From positions 9,858,001 through 9,922,000 of the forward strand of contig NC_043001.1 of NCBI RefSeq assembly GCF_006345805.1: a stretch of 64,000 bases of DNA, given 5' to 3'. This stretch comes from Octopus sinensis (lineage: Eukaryota). The notes below the pieces were generated by a model, which had not been told where the DNA came from, ran no database searches, and worked only from the letters and a program-made list of their open reading frames with translations. Made by a program: the position numbers and the translations under genes. Below, one piece after another: positions 62,477 through 64,000 of this stretch. Positions within the stretch are counted from its first letter, which is position 1. Every line of letters starts with the position of its first letter.

Positions 62477-63394
62477 ATTAACTTGTGTAGGATGAAGTAT
62501 GTAAAATGTTAGAGAAAGAAACCTAGCTGTTTTTTGCAATACACACCAGTTCATACATTTAAAGCAAAATATTTTCAGAGGCCCTTAAAATGCTTTTGCG
62601 GATCTCCACAAGTTGGCTGTACATTAATTACGCACAACTAAAAGTCCCCTGCATATTATACTCAAGGGTGGATTATACTCTAGGATTTACAGTGTATATT
62701 TTTTCCCAAAATCCAGTTACAATCTGCGCCTCTTTAATTTTAATTTTAATTTTTTATTTTGTTTTAATTTTCTCATGAAATTTTGTGGTGTTCAGAGAAA
62801 TTTTTAAAGAAAATTTCATATCAAAATGTCCGAATTAGCTAAAACTGCTTCAAACGATTATCCTTGTGGTTTCAACTTTAATGTCAGAACTCTTAGAATT
62901 TTGGCTGAAGATGAAGTTTGTTGACATTTCCTGTCAACAAATCATTCCTGAGTTCCGTGTTTTCAAATTTTTCCCCGAATAAAAATCCATTACTTGTAAA
63001 GCAGAAACAAAAATAAAGAAAAAGATCACAAACAGCAGAGGTTTATTACTGGATGTGCATCCAACCGTAAAATTCCTGCCTCAGATTCATTTGCTTCAAA
63101 AACAGTGTACCATGGCAAGACAAATGAATACATACATATATACATATATATATAAACAAATATATAGATATATATACACACACACATGCATACATACACA
63201 TATGCATTACACATGTGCACACACGCACGTACATATGCACATAAGTACACACACACACACACACATTGGTTTATGTCAGCTGAATGTGAGAGGAGTGCTC
63301 AATAGACGCTGTAGAGGATAAGGCATATGCATATATGTGTGTGTGTGTGTGTGTGTATGAGTATGTATGTGTGTGCATATATATATATATATAT

Positions 63395-63790
63395 TCTTTT
63401 ATTCTTTTATTTGTTTCAGTCATTTGACTGCAGCCATGCTGGGGCACCACCTTTAGTTGAGCAAGTCAACTCCAGGACTTATTCTTTATAAGCCTAGTAC
63501 TTATTCTGTCGGTCTCTCTTGCCGAACCACTAGGTGATGGGGACATAAACACACCAGCATCAGTTGTTAAGCAATGTTGCGGGGACAAACACAGACACAC
63601 ACATACACACACACACACATATATGACGGGCTTCTGTCAGTTTCCGTCTACTCACAAGGCTTTGGTCGGCCTAAGACTATAGTAGAAGACACTCACCTAA
63701 GGTGCCATGCAGTGGGGCTGAACCCGGAACCATGTGCTTGGTACACAAGCTACTTACCACACAGCCACTCCTGCACCTACACAGCCACTC
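63395..63790 (-). mobile_element. SINE family A
   Basis: Reverse-complement tail and head; head block acagccactcctg duplicated. Confidence 0.85.
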
Positions 63791-64000
63791 CTGGTGGTCC
63801 AGCAGCATTAATTATGTGCAAATTCTGAGGGCTCTCTGTTATTTTCCATAAAGAATTTCTACAAAAACATTTATAAGGGAACTTATTTTTACTTATATTT
63901 AGAAATTTCTTTATTTAATAAATCCTTCGTTTATATCTGGTTTAGAAAGTGATATTATGAAAGTTCTAAAGGAATATTATTAACAAAGCATTTACATAAT

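Overview
Eukaryotic, AT-rich, microsatellite-dense DNA. The repeat families look like those of an octopod cephalopod (inferred from repeat content only). I could not identify any complete or nameable host gene. Most of the window is interspersed repeats. There are several tRNA-headed SINE-like families, labelled here by me: A (tRNA head, CORE-like block, internal (TA)n/(TG)n), B (tRNA head, Nin-like block) and C ((GAT)n tail, ~62-bp hairpin subrepeats), plus a few minor tRNA-derived types. Other mobile elements are an RTE-clade LINE fragment whose RT carries a C4HC3 PHD-like insert, a CR1 3' end nested in a SINE, a probable Tx1/L1 3' end, TTAA-flanked MITEs and a non-autonomous Helitron. A few isolated exon candidates and an LRR N-cap-like remnant are low confidence. 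Nearly all ORFs in the supplied track are artefacts of microsatellites or SINEs. Repeat boundaries are read by eye and approximate (about +/-10-20 nt) unless a terminal motif is quoted.
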